Source: Camelus ferus (Eukaryota). Taken from it: DNA of 64,000 nt. The stretch covers positions 47,306,001-47,370,000 of the forward strand of contig NC_045711.1 in NCBI RefSeq assembly GCF_009834535.1. Reading direction: 5' to 3'. Shown here one piece after another: positions 39,471 through 52,300 of this stretch. Made by a program: the position numbers and the translations under genes. Under the pieces are notes generated by a model that did no database searches, had not been told where the DNA came from, and saw nothing but the letters and a program-made list of their open reading frames with translations. Every line of letters begins with the position of its first letter. The first letter of the stretch is position 1.

Positions 39471-41739
39471 CCAGCCTCTTATACCCAGCCTACCCATAAA
39501 TATACCCTGCCCCTATTGCCTGTGCCATCTTCTGTCAGAGATGTGGGAGAACTTGGGGTGGGAGTGGCATTTGTTACCTGGCTTTCATTGACAATGACTT
39601 CTTGGCCATCCAGAGATGCAGAGGGAGTCCATTTCAGAATGGAGGCTCGTAATCACTATCTCTGTCCCTAGCCTGGGACCCGATAGGAGCAATCTTTCCG
39701 CTCTCCAGGTCCAAAGCAGAGAAGCTGAACAGAGGAGGATATTGCCCTCAGCCTCTTTTGTCCATTGTCCCTTGCGGCACGTGCCTCCCAGCCTGTCCCT
39801 TCATGGCTCCAAAGTGCCGGCATAGCTCAATTGAGAAATTGTGCTGAGAGTGGCATCTGCTCAGAGCCTTCTGTGCCAGGCCCTGTGCTGACCACTTTAC
39901 ATGCACTAGTTCCTTTATTTCTTACATGTTATCCCCATTTCACAGAGAGGAAGACTAAGGGGAGGAGGAGTTAAATACCTTGCCCAAGGTCATGCTGTTT
40001 GTAGGGGGCAGCACGGGAATTGAACTAGCTCTCTGTGCTCTGAAGACACTGCCCTGGATTTCTACACTAGAACTTTCTCATTAGAGTCCCAGGCGTGCTT
40101 GGATGTTAATTCTCTGCCTTCAGGGTGTGCCGTGTTGTGGAAAGTTTGGGAGCCTTGCTTTATGATAGAATGAAAAGCATTTTACTTTACTGCGTTTTGC
40201 TGTTTACAAGCCTATCTTCCCTATAGACATGTTCTCAGGGTCATCTCTGACTCACTTCTCTTCCTAGAAAATCCTTCCTCTTCCCATGTCCAAGCCAGTT
40301 ACTTCCCTGTGCCCATGCCCACAAATGGCTTTTCTTACATGCTTGTCCTTTTGAAGGCAGCTGCCCACTTTGCCCAGTAGCTAGCATGTCTCAGGTGGTT
40401 CTGAACAAAAGAGCTGAAGGAAAGCCAGGACTCTGTATTAATGGTCTGGTGGCTCTGGAGTAGGAGGCCTCGTCCACGTCACGGGGAACCGTGAGTGCCT
40501 AATGAAGGAGAGAGGACATTTGACTAGGAGCCTGCCCTTCTCCTTGATAGGCACGGTTCTGGGTGAACACTGGGGTGATGTGGGGAGGGTGGCTGTTGAG
40601 CATTCTCCAGGACCTGGAGCCGTGCCACAGCTCCCTTAGTCCCGGGCGGACACTGCCCTGGCAGTGATGTTCTGCGGCAGCTTTTCCTTCCCTGGTCCAG
40701 GACCTATTTCCCACAGTGCTCAATCGATACGATGTGAATTAGAAAACCCTTGAGGCTCCTGGCTACCAGAGGTGGCCTGCGCAGTGCTGTCCAGTGCCCT
40801 CCCTGAGTCCCAGAACCCTGCCAGGTGGTGCTGACAACACCTCCCTAGGGTGACAGGAACAGTGCTGAGGTTCCGAACGGAACAGGGAGCGGGCATCGCC
40901 TGAGAGATGTGTAAGACCCTGAAGGGTAAACCAAGGCTTCTGTGGGGACAGCTGGGTGGGGGAAATGGCTTATGTTATTTTGGGAATTAAAGAAGAACCT
41001 TGCATTGCATCCTTCACCTTGTGGTACCTGAGGCCCCACCATTAAAAACCCTTTCCAGAAAGCAGCTGCACTGCAGTTACAGCCGTCAGTCCATTTCATA
41101 TTCATTTGAATGAATTCTACACCTTTCTCAAAAGCTAGTTTCTAACTAGAACGGAGCAGCCAGACACAGTACTCCAGCGGAAGGGCAAAGGTACTCAGAA
41201 AGGGAGGCCATGGGTGCCGAAGTTGGCTCCACCTTGCCCTTTAAGAGCCAACTGGTTGTTGCTCCAAACCCAGTCCTGGTCCAGAGACTCTGCAGGCTCC
41301 AGGCTCTGGGGTAGGGTTTGTCTTGCCACATTGGTGCTTCCAGCACCCCCTTGGGTCCTGACCTGGTGGGGCATCACCCACAATGACAGTCTCAATGTGG
41401 GGGCCACTGGCTGGCCCTCTCGAGCCTTGACTGCCCTGCTGACTGTGCCCTTGGCACTGTCTTTCATGGTCCCACAGGGGCATCCCTCCCTTCCCGTCAA
41501 CCTGATAGCTTTGCTGGCTCCAAATTTTGCAATCTATTTTCAGATGTAAAATGAGAGAGGCGGGGGGGGCTTAATAAGGAAATGGCCTTGAGTACTAACT
41601 GTGGTCAAGGCCGTGCTAGTCTGGGTAAACCCTTTACCACCACTGGCTTGAGGCCAACAGCTCCCCAGTTCTCTGTGATCTATCTGGAACTGTGCCCAAG
41701 TGGGAACTCTGCCCCCAGCCACAAGCCTCCGGGGTGCTG

Positions 41740-42004
41740 GGGAGTCGGCTCAGCCCTGAGTCCTCCAGGGAGCAGGGGGGCAGAGCTGAGCGGCCGCCTG
41801 GAGCTAGGCGGGAGGAGGGGCCGGGGGAGGTGGAGGTGGGGAGATCCGGCTAGAGGGGAGGCTCCGACGTCTCCTTCCTTCCTGGTTCCTGCAGCAGCTG
41901 CTGCCACTACTCAGCTCTGAGCAGGGAGCGGGCGGCTCAGAGACGGTGACTCAGAGGCAGAGCGGCGCGCGGACCAAGGAGCACTGGCGTCCATGGACCC
42001 TGGG
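41740..42004 (+). promoter_or_regulatory. OSBPL7: OSBPL7 promoter and first exon (donor after 42004)
   Basis: GC/CpG-enriched segment; donor GGG|GTAAGG at 42004/42005; next acceptor ctcagcag at 43365/43368. Confidence 0.65.
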
Positions 42005-43389
42005 GTAAGGGGGCCATGCTGGCATCAGCTGACATTCCCGGAGAGGGCTTCCCCACCTGAAGCTGGCGAGTCTGCTCCTCCGGAGATGAGGGCGGGAATG
42101 GAGGTGGAAAGGGGGCACCCACCTGGCTCACCTCAACCTGCACCCTCTACTGACAGAGCTTCCCCTTCCACCCGCGAGCAGTGAGGGGCCAAGATCCCGC
42201 AGGGCCAGGAAAAGGGCACAGAGATACCCAAACACCGGAAGAGTTTGGGAACTTCCAGTGGCTGAATGCAGGAGTTTCCCCCCAGGTCAGCCTCAGGCAG
42301 CATGGACCCCTCTGCCCAACCTCCTGGCCACCCGTGCCCCACCGCAACCCTGTCCCCTGCTGGCCTCAGCTCCTCAGGTTCTTGCTGGCTCCATTGGAAG
42401 ATCTGGGCTGTTTTCCCAGCCTCGGGCCAACCTTGCCCCTCCAGGCCCCTCCCCCCGTCTCACACACTCAGCCTTATGCATTATTGATCTCCCTGCGGAG
42501 CCAGGATGGCCAGGGCTTGTGCCAAGGGCGCCAGTGGGCACTGCTGTGGGACCTGTGCGGACCTCGTCATGTGTCTCCATTGGCCTGTCCCCTGCTCTCT
42601 CTGGGTGGGTGGCACTTCTCAGGATCCCCAAGGACTGAGAAGGAAGAAAGGAGGCTTTGCAGGAGACTGAGAATCCAAGGTGGTCATCCTAAGGGGAAGA
42701 TTGACGGGAGGAGGCACAGGGGAAAATGGGGGCTGTCTCGGGCCTCAGCTATCCCATGCAGAAAATGGGAGCCCAAGAACTAGAGGGTATGATGGGGAGT
42801 TGGGGTCAAGTGGTTGAGGGATTCTGTAACGGGATAATGAGAGGAGTTCCCGACCCATGGTGGTGGTGGTAGAGATCCTGAAGGAAGAGGAACTGGATCG
42901 AGATCTTGCTTGTCCAGTCTCTGAATCCCTCTGTCCTTTTTTGGATCCTCTTCCTTCACTCCCCTGCCTCACCTCTGATCACCCCCAGGGAATCCTCCAG
43001 GGAAAACACCAAGTGTTTCCTGGAGCTGGGGAATGTGTGCTTAAGGTGGGGCTAGGAGGACTTTCTGAGGTTTTCTCTTGGCACCAGCCTGCCAGCTGTG
43101 CGCTAGTTCACCTCTTGGGGCAGTGGCCACAGTGGGAGGGTGTGGGCAGGGAGACCTGCCCAGAGTGGGGCAGGGACAGGCTCCGGAGAGGCGTGACAGG
43201 TAAGCGGAAGATGTGCTGGTGGGCTTTCAACTCAGAGGGTGCAGAAGGGTTTGGAGGTGGGCAAGTTGATAGCTAGGTCTGTGCTAATGGGGTCTCTCTG
43301 TGCTTCAAGGGCCCTCTCAGGACAAGGTGACGTCCTTCCCCTTCCACTCTGCTCTCCATCCTCAGCAGGGAGTGGCCACTCCCCTCTCC

Positions 43390-46300
43390 ATGGACTTCCA
43401 AGAGCGGGACCCTCCCTCCTTGGCAGAGAGCACTCAGTCTGCAAAGCCCAGCAGTGCCCAGCAGGTCTGAGAATGGAGAAGCAGGAGGGGCCAGCTCGGC
43501 TCACAGGGGAGGGAGAGATGTGGTCGCCTCACTGGTTGCTCCCCCACTCTGTCCTGGACTGCAGGCCTCCGAGCTGTGGGAGGTGGTGGAGGAGCCTCGG
43601 GGCCGGCTGGGGGCAGAGGGTACCATGCCGGAGAGGCAGGAAGGCCATCTGCTCAAGAAGAGGAAGTGGCCTCTGAAGGGCTGGCACAAGGTAGGGCGGG
43701 CAGGGCAAAGGGAGGGGCAAGGTGCAGGGGCAGGACGGGGACCTGCGGGCAGTTCAGGGTGTCTGTGTGTCAAGAAAAAAATGTCCATGTGGTTGCTCTC
43801 TCCTCACACTCTTTCCTCTCGGTCTCATGGGTCCTGTTCCTTCATGGCAACATCACAGAGATACTTTGTACTCGAGGATGGGATCCTTCGCTATGCCACG
43901 ACTCGGCAAGATGTGAGTCAGGGCCTCGGCGGAAGGTGTGGGAGGGATCTGGCACCAGAGTGCCCTGGGCAGGCAGGGGGCTTCTGGAATCCTCCAGAGC
44001 AAAGTTTGAATCCCAAGTACACCATTTGCTGGATATGGGGTCTTGGGCAGGTTACTTCCCTGGGCCTCAGCTCTTCATCACTAAGGTGGAAAGAGGGTGG
44101 TCACCCATTTGTAGTCTTCATCTTGGTGAGCACTGTCGGGACAGTGCCTGGCACAAATAAGTGCCCAAGAGATGAGGGCTTTATCGTTCTCATCCGTGTC
44201 CCGTGCTCATGAAGGAACACAGAACTAAAGGCCTAGACAACCAGGCTCTCTCCAAGAAAGTGTTTCCTTCCTCAGCCTTGCAGATTCCTGAGGATGGGAA
44301 AAGTTTCCCTCACTCCATGACTCCCTAAGAGCTCAGACTGTGACTTGACATAGTGGGCCATCCTGTGCCCAGGAGAATGGCTGACATGTCCCTGCTGATA
44401 CTGTGACTTGGGCATGAGGGTGAACCTGCTGCCTGGCCCATGAGCCTAGAGTGGTCTCAGGAAGATGGTGGCGCTGGTGGCCTAAAAGCAGTCTTCCTTA
44501 GCCCNNNNNNNNNNNNNNNNNNNNNNNNNNNNNNNNNNNNNNNNNNNNNNNNNNNNNNNNNNNNNNNNNNNNNNNNNNNNNNNNNNNNNNNNNNNNNNNN
44601 NNNNNNNNNNNNNNNNNNNNNNNNNNNNNNNNNNNNNNNNNNNNCCCTGGGAACCAGGTGGTGGTTTGGCCTCCAGCCTGGCAGAGACACTGGGACACAC
44701 AGGAGAGAGGCACAGGGGCCGAGGGTCTGTCTGAGTTTGACCAAAAGGGAGTTCCCATCATATACTACAGCCAATGATGAACTGGCCCTGTTGGTTGGTA
44801 TGGCACAGGGCCAAGGGCTCAGACACTTGGGGAAGCTGTTCCTGCCTCACAGCAAGGGGCTTTTGCACAGGCTGGGTGCTGTAGGGAGAGACCCTGCTTG
44901 CCTGGGGACCAGAACCTTGACTTCTTGCCCCTAGAAAGCAGTCCTTCCCTTCATGCATCCCTCTCCTTCTCCGTCACTTCTGTAGATCAAATCCCAGGAC
45001 CTGTTCCAGAGCTGGGTGGCCCAGCTGCGTGCCCACCGCCTGGCCCAGCACCTGGACGTGCCCCGAGGCCTGCTGCCCAGCGCCACTCACCGGAAGGTAA
45101 GATGGGCCCTGAGGCAGGGACAGGTGATGTGGGGATTCAGAATTTGGGAAGGCGGGTCCCATCCTTTCTGACCCTTGACTCACCCCACAGGTTCCCGGTG
45201 CCCAGCCTCCAACAGCGGGTGGTGCCTCGGCTCTGCCAGGGGTTGGACCTAGGGAGAAGGTGTCTTCCTGGCTGAGGGACAGTGATGGGCTAGACCGTTG
45301 CTCTCATGGTGAGGGGCCCCTGGCACGGTGACTCTGTGGGGGGGGCCAATGCTGTTGTGTCTGGGTGGCACCAGCAGTCACAAGGAGGAGAAAATGTTAC
45401 CTCCATCCCTGCCTCAGGGAGCCCCAGTCTGATGGGGAGACAGCTTCTGCCTTTACACTGATCAGGTTTACTCAGGCCTGCCCTGGGGAGCCTCAGGCTT
45501 ACAGAGGATGACAGGATTCATGCCGTAGGCACATGGACTGACCCAGACACAGGGCCAGGGCCCACATCCGGAATACCAACACAGGGAGGGGTCCTGAGCA
45601 GTGGCTCCAGGGTGGGGAGTGTGCTCTGGAACCAGGTTCCTGGAGTTGGGCTGTGATGTTGTCCTGGGAGAGGGAAGTGCCAACCAAGTGGAAAGAGCAA
45701 AGTGAGGGCCCCCAGCCTGTGTGGAGGCAGCAGAGGTAAGGTGTGGTCCTGAGACAGAGAGCTGATGGGGCACCTACCCTCCTCTGAGGCCAGACCAGAG
45801 GGTAGGAGCTGCAAACTGCTTTGGGCTCATGAGTAGGGGGTGTGGAAGCAGTGTCGGCACCTCCGTGGCTGCGGGGTGCAGTGTTTGGAAGACGAAAGGA
45901 AGCTGAGGGGCAGACTGGGGCACCCGGCCAGTCTCCCTGGGGCACCCAGGGAGAGGGACTTCCTCATTCATTCTTTCCGCAGAGCTCTCTGAGTGTCAGG
46001 GGAAGCTCCAGGAATTACACAGACTCCTCCAGAGCCTGGAGTCCCTGCACAGGATCCCCTCAGCCCCCGTTATCCCCACACACCAGGTGAGATCCAGGGA
46101 GGAGGCAGGGTCCTTCCCGGGGCGCTCTCTCCTCTTGCCACCTTCATCTCCATCACTTCCCTGGACAGGTACCCCGTCCCCCTTACAAGCTGCAGTTTCC
46201 TGAGGAGCCACCATCTCCTAGTTGCCCCTCCCCACCTTGTCCACAGTGCCTCAGGGTTGTCTCTCTGCCCCTTTGGAGCGACCCCTTCCTCTTGTGCCCA

Positions 46301-49300
46301 TGCACCTGCCAGGCTGTCGGTCCTTTGCCTCTGGGATGTCTGTGTCTCTGTGTCCTCCTCCATGGCCATCTGCCTCTCTCCTGGCTTTGGTGGTTTTCCT
46401 CACTCTGAGAGTGAAACTCCCCCACCTCGACTTGCCAGGCCTCAGTGACAACCGAGAGACCCAAGAAGGGGAAGCGGACCAGCCGCATGTGGTGCACGCA
46501 GAGCTTTGCCAAGGACGACACCATCGGACGGGTGAGGTGGGGTGTGGGCCCTAAGATGCTGGGGGGAGGCTCTGAAGAAGCCCCTTCAACCTCTCCCCTT
46601 CGTCTACAGGTGGGTCGTCTCCATGGCTCTGTTCCCAACCTGTCTCGCTACTTGGAGTCCCGGGACCCCTCTGGCCCCCGCGGGCTGCCAACCCCAGACT
46701 ATGCCCACCTGCAGCGCAGTTTCTGGGCCCTGGCCCAGAAGGGTGAGTGCGTGCTGGAGGGGTGGCCGGGAGCAGATGGGGAGAAGGAGAGGGAGAGGGA
46801 GGGAGTCTGATAGCCGGCCCCTGCCCCAACAGTGCACAGCTCCCTCAGCAGCGTCCTGGCCGCTCTCACTGCTGAACGGGACCGACTGAAGGACCTGCAC
46901 CAGGGTTCGGAGTTGTCCAGGATGGGGGTGAGGCTGGGGACAGGATGGCCGGTGGGAGGAGAGGGCCCAAGGCCAAGAACTGCAGGCCTGGAGGTGGGAG
47001 CAGACCTGGGCCGGGAAGGGGGTTGGCAGAGGCAGGCCAGGGAGGGCTTCACCTCCCAGCACCTGTCCCCTCACTGTCTCCCTGCAGGTCTCTGAGGCCC
47101 CAGGTGGCCCGAAGCGCCTCCACTCACTGTCCGTCTCCTCCGACACCACTGCGGACTCCTTCAGCTCCCTCAACCCCGAGGAGGTGGGAGCCAGGGTGGG
47201 CTGTGGGCATCTTTCCTCTGGGCCTTTTTTCTCAGCAGGAGTGAAGGCATGGTTGGTTTTCAGACCCAAAACTCCAACCCCTTTCCCAAAACATGGGCAG
47301 CAGCCGCATCTGTGATTCCTTAACTGCACGTAGAGTGCTTTTGCTTTTAAGTCAGAGTCCCGTGAGGCAGCGATTCTAACCCTCAAGTTTACAGACAGGG
47401 AAACTGAGATTCAAAGAATCTAATTGATGGGCCCAGGCTCCCCTACAGCATGGGTTTGAATTTGGCTCCACTGCAGGCTTGCTCTGTGACCCTGAGCCTC
47501 AGTGTCCTAAATCTGCAAAATGGGGGCAGGAATCATACCTACTTCATAGGATGAGTGTGGGGACTGACTGAGCTGGTATGCTCACAGGGCTTGGAGGGGC
47601 TCAGTGTCAGTGGCCAGGAAGCATGAGTGGTGATTATGGAACCCATGTCTCCTTACTCCCAGGCTGGTGATCATTCCCCCAGGCCTGAGTAGCCCACCAC
47701 ACTCGTTCTCCTCTGCATCTTCTCCTGCTCTGCAGGTTCAGACTAGACAATAAAAGTCCCCAGTCAGGCTTCCCTCTCAAGGGAACTGCCAGGTCAGGGG
47801 AGCCCAGCCTGTCTCTCTGGCCGGGCCTCGGGCCTGACCCCCATCTCGCTCCCACAGCAAGAAGCTCTGTACATGAAGGGGCGAGAGCTGACCCCTCAGC
47901 TGTCCCAGAGCAGCGTCCTGTCCCTTGCTGATTCCCACACAGAGTTCTTTGACGCCTGTGAGGTTCTCCTGTCTGCCAGCTCTTCTGAGAATGAGGTGAG
48001 GGAAGAGGGACCCTGGGAATAGAGGAGTAGGGTTCAGGGAGACTAGAATCTATAGATTCCCAAGTCCTTTCCAAGCACCTCAGCCGCTGTCTCTGCATGT
48101 CCAAACATGCTGGGTTTGTGCGGCCCTGCTCAGAAATCTGCTGGGGACCCTTCTTCCAGTTTGATATGCTCTGTCTCCATTGGGTCCTCCTGAAACTTAT
48201 TCCTCAGCTCCACCCCCCAGTCATCTCCCTGTGACCCCATTTTAGCCGCAGCACTCTCTCAGTAATCCCCAACTTCCCTTCCCTTCCTTTTGTGTCCCGT
48301 CAAGTCCCTGAGCTGTCTTGCGCCAGTCGTGAGGCCAGGCCCTCTCTCTCCCAAGGTGGCAGGGCACGTCATGATGCCAGGCCTCCCAGGGCAGTGCCTT
48401 AGGGCTCAGACCACTCCCAGTACATTCCCTTCCCCTTCCCACCAAAGGGCTAGCTGGGCAGATTCTTGCCAGGCTCCGGGCACTGCCCAGCTGTCCAGTG
48501 GAGGCCTAGTCTGCCCGGCCTATCATCTGTCCTGGCACAGGGCTCGGAGGAGGAGGAGTCGTGCACCAGTGAAGTCACCACCAGCCTGTCTGAGGAGGTG
48601 CTGGACCTCAGGGGAGCCGAGCGCTGTCAGAAAGGTGCCAGCCAGGCGGGCAGGAGGGAGGGCTAGAGGTGGGCTCAGAAACAGAGTTTGTCCACAGTCC
48701 AGGCCCCTTGAGAAGCAGTCCCTTGTAGTACTGGTGGGCTAACGGCTTTGGATACTGACTCCAGGGGTGACTCCGGGCGGCGAGGAAGGCTAAGCCGTGA
48801 GCTATGTCGCAGGGGTGGCTCTGGGGTGGGACAGGCTCAGCTGAGGGCTGGCCTCCCCTCCAGTCTTCTGAGAAGGCTCCCATGTGGGCCTGACAGAGAC
48901 ACAGAAGGGCCCACTCAGCCACTTTGTAGCAGCGTGGCTTTAGACGTGTCATTTTGCTTCTTGGAGCCTATTTCCTTGTCTATCAAATGGGCCGAGTAAT
49001 CTACACCCTGACATTGGTTTCTGTGTTTATGAAAGGGAGCAGAAGCCAAGGGTGGGGGCTCAGGAAGGGCTTCTGGGGTGCAGGGTTTCTGTTTCCAGCA
49101 GTGGGAACTGCCCTGTCTGGTTCTTAGCCCTGCTGCCCACCTAAATCCCCAGGAGCTCACCAAGAATTAGCTCTGCAGCCTCCTGCCCCACAGTGAGTCC
49201 ATGCTGGGGCCTGGGAGTGACCATACCCAGGAGCACCTCAGGAGCTCTGGAGGGACCTGGATGCCGGTGCCCAGCGGAGAGTGACAGGCAGGGCAACACC

Positions 49301-52300
49301 CTGGGGCTGTGTTCCAGGGGGAGCTGTGGGGCCTCCCCGCCGCCGATGTCTGCCGGCAGCCAGTGGGCCTGGGGCCGACGTGAGCCTGTGGAACATCCTG
49401 CGGAACAACATCGGCAAGGACCTGTCGAAGGTATCGATGCCTGTGCAGCTCAATGAGCCACTCAACACCCTGCAGCGGCTCTGTGAGGAGCTGGAGTACA
49501 GCAGCCTCCTGGACCAGGCCAGCCGCACCACCGACCCCTGCGAGCGCATGGTACGCCCGTCGCCCCAGCCCAGCCCCAGGCTGCCTCGTCCTCCCAGGAT
49601 CCCGTCTCCCAGAACACCCTGGTGGGCCCTTCCCTGCTGCTAAAGGTTCACCCCAGCCCCCCAGCCCTTGCTGGCAGTGGGGTGGCATCTCCTCTGATCC
49701 CCCGGCGCCCCTCGCCCCCAGGTGTACATTGCGGCCTTTGCTGTCTCCGCCTACTCCTCCACCTACCACCGGGCGGGCTGCAAGCCCTTCAACCCTGTCC
49801 TGGGGGAGACCTATGAGTGTGAGCGGCCTGACCGAGGCTTCCGCTTCATCAGTGAGCAGGTATGGGCCCGGAAGAGGCTGGGGGCGGGGGTGGAGGAGGG
49901 AAGAGGTAGCCAGGTGGCTGGGAGCAGGAAACACAGGGCCTCCATGGAGGCCAGGTCCTGGGATGGAGCAGCTGGCCGTCGGGTAGTTGGGGGAAGGGGC
50001 TCCCCGCTTAGTGTGGGAGCCAGACGTGAAACAAGGAGTTACTGCACCATGTTCTAGAGCTGGGATCATGGAAGCTCATAGGATGTTATTCAGCTCTAGT
50101 GGGTGATCCTGAGCTAAGTCTTGAAGGATGAATTGGAGTTTGCTAGTTGCCCAGGGGGGTGGGGAGAATGGGATGTTGCAGATAGTGTAAAGGAACAAAT
50201 GGAGCATATTTAGGAAGAGTTAGAGACAGGGCTGGAAGATAAGGCAGAGCCAAACCCTGAGGAGCCCTGTAGGTGAAGGTTAGAAAGGGTTGGTTGGTTG
50301 GTTGGTTGGTTTTTAAGTCCTGAAGGCAATGGGGAGCCACGGGAGGGTTTTAAGTGGTAGAGTGACATGCTTAGGATTGAACTTGATAAAGAACATTCAA
50401 GCAGTGGTGTGCCAGGGAATGGGAGGAGGCAAGGAATATAGGCTGTGGGATCCCCAAGTTCAAGGTTCTATATGCGACTTGTTCCAAGGAGGACAAGGCT
50501 GAGTTTTTCTAAGGGTGTGTTGTGGAGGTTGCGAGCTGATAATCAACTTTGGGGGAGAAGATGATGAAGGAAGAGGATCCTCACAGGAGGGCTGGCTTTC
50601 AGGCAGGGCACAGGTAGAGGTCCCACCTGTCACTGCTAGGGGACTTTGTAGGCTTGGGCAGGGTCTCTGGAGGGCACTATACACAGGGTTGGCAAGGAGG
50701 GCCCAGAGGGGAGTGAGTGAGAAGGAAGAATGTAGGGGCCTGAGGGGAAAGGAGAGGATGATGGAATTTGGGTGGTGGCCAAGGGTGAAAGGGACAAGAG
50801 ACCTGGAACTAACTGGTCTTCTGGTCCACAGGGAAACTGGGGGAGGGGTGAGGGCCTCGGGGGGTCTGGGGTCAGGTGCATCCTGAAGAGAACTTCCTTG
50901 CTCATCAAGGTCTCCCACCACCCCCCCATCTCGGCGTGCCATGCGGAGTCTGAGAACTTCATCTTCTGGCAAGGTGAGGGGGGCTGGGTGTGAAGGGCAG
51001 ACAGGGGAGGGGCTGGAACACTTTCTGGTCTTATCTCTGCTGTTCCTCTCCCTCCCTCAACCCAACTCCAGACATGAAGTGGAAGAACAAGTTCTGGGGC
51101 AAATCCCTGGAGATTGTGCCTGTGGGGACAGTCAACGTGAGCCTGCCCAGGTGAGTGTTCCTGAATGCTCCGCAGCCAGGCCCAGGCCACAGGCCATCCT
51201 CCAGGCTGGGACCAGGAGGTGGCAGGGACTGGAGAGAGGCCTGAAGCTGCTTAGGGTGGGGCAGGTTCTGTACATTTTACACCTATGTTCACAGCAGTTG
51301 CCAGTAAAGAAAGGTGAAAAATCTTCCAGCTGGAAGGGCTTGTGAAAGTCATCTGACTGAGTAGTTTTCACACATTCTGACCGTGACTCACAGTAAGGAA
51401 TGCATTTGAGACTTCAAGCCAGTGCACAGTAACCCATAGACACACACGTGCACACACACACATATACACAGAAACCTAAAGTGATTTCAGGACTGCTCAC
51501 AAACCACATTTGAAACACGCTCATCTAACTCATTTTACTGGGGGCACTGCAGCCAGAGGCTGGTGCAGGGGTTGGGGAGGCCCTGGACTTCGGGGTCAGA
51601 AGTCCTCGGTAGGAGTCTCAGTTCTAGTACTGAATAGTTATGCAAGCAGCAAGAAGACTTGACATCTCAGAGCCTTGAGTCTGCTTGTCTATAAAATAAG
51701 AGTAATAAGTAATGCCTGACAGAAGTGCGCAGTAAACAGAGTGATATATGTGAACAGACCGACCATGGTCCCTGGCACCCAAGGCCAGGGACCCAGTCTA
51801 TGGTTTTACCCCCATGACTTAGGCACTCAAGGGCTTTCTCAACAAATGGAGATGTGTCGGCTGAATACTTTCTGTGAAGGCTGCTCTGCTTTATAAATGT
51901 GTCATTCTTCATGGAAGGACGATGAGCTGGAACCAGGGCCCCAGGTTTCCTTCTGCAGACCCATGTGTGTGAACTGCTCCAATGAGACAGGTGCTCCCTG
52001 GCTCAGGGTGGCGCATAGTTCCCCAGAGCTGGCCAGCTGCCCTCCCCCACGCTCTGTCTCTCTCAGGTTTGGGGACCACTTTGAGTGGAACAAGGTGACG
52101 TCCTGCATTCACAACATCCTGAGTGGCCAGCGCTGGATTGAGCACTACGGGGAGGTGCTCATCCGGAACACACAGGACAGCTCCTGCCACTGCAAGATCA
52201 CCTTCTGCAAGGTGGGCACACCACCCTGCCCCTGCCTGTCCGCCCCCAGCAGCTCGCCCCGGGCAAGGGGAGGGGACACCTCCCTAAGCCCCCCGCCCCC

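Noticed and set aside
49167-50069. 300-aa antisense ORF over OSBPL7 exons 15-16
   Set aside because: Antisense shadow spanning exon and intron indiscriminately; no domain, promoter or poly(A) support.
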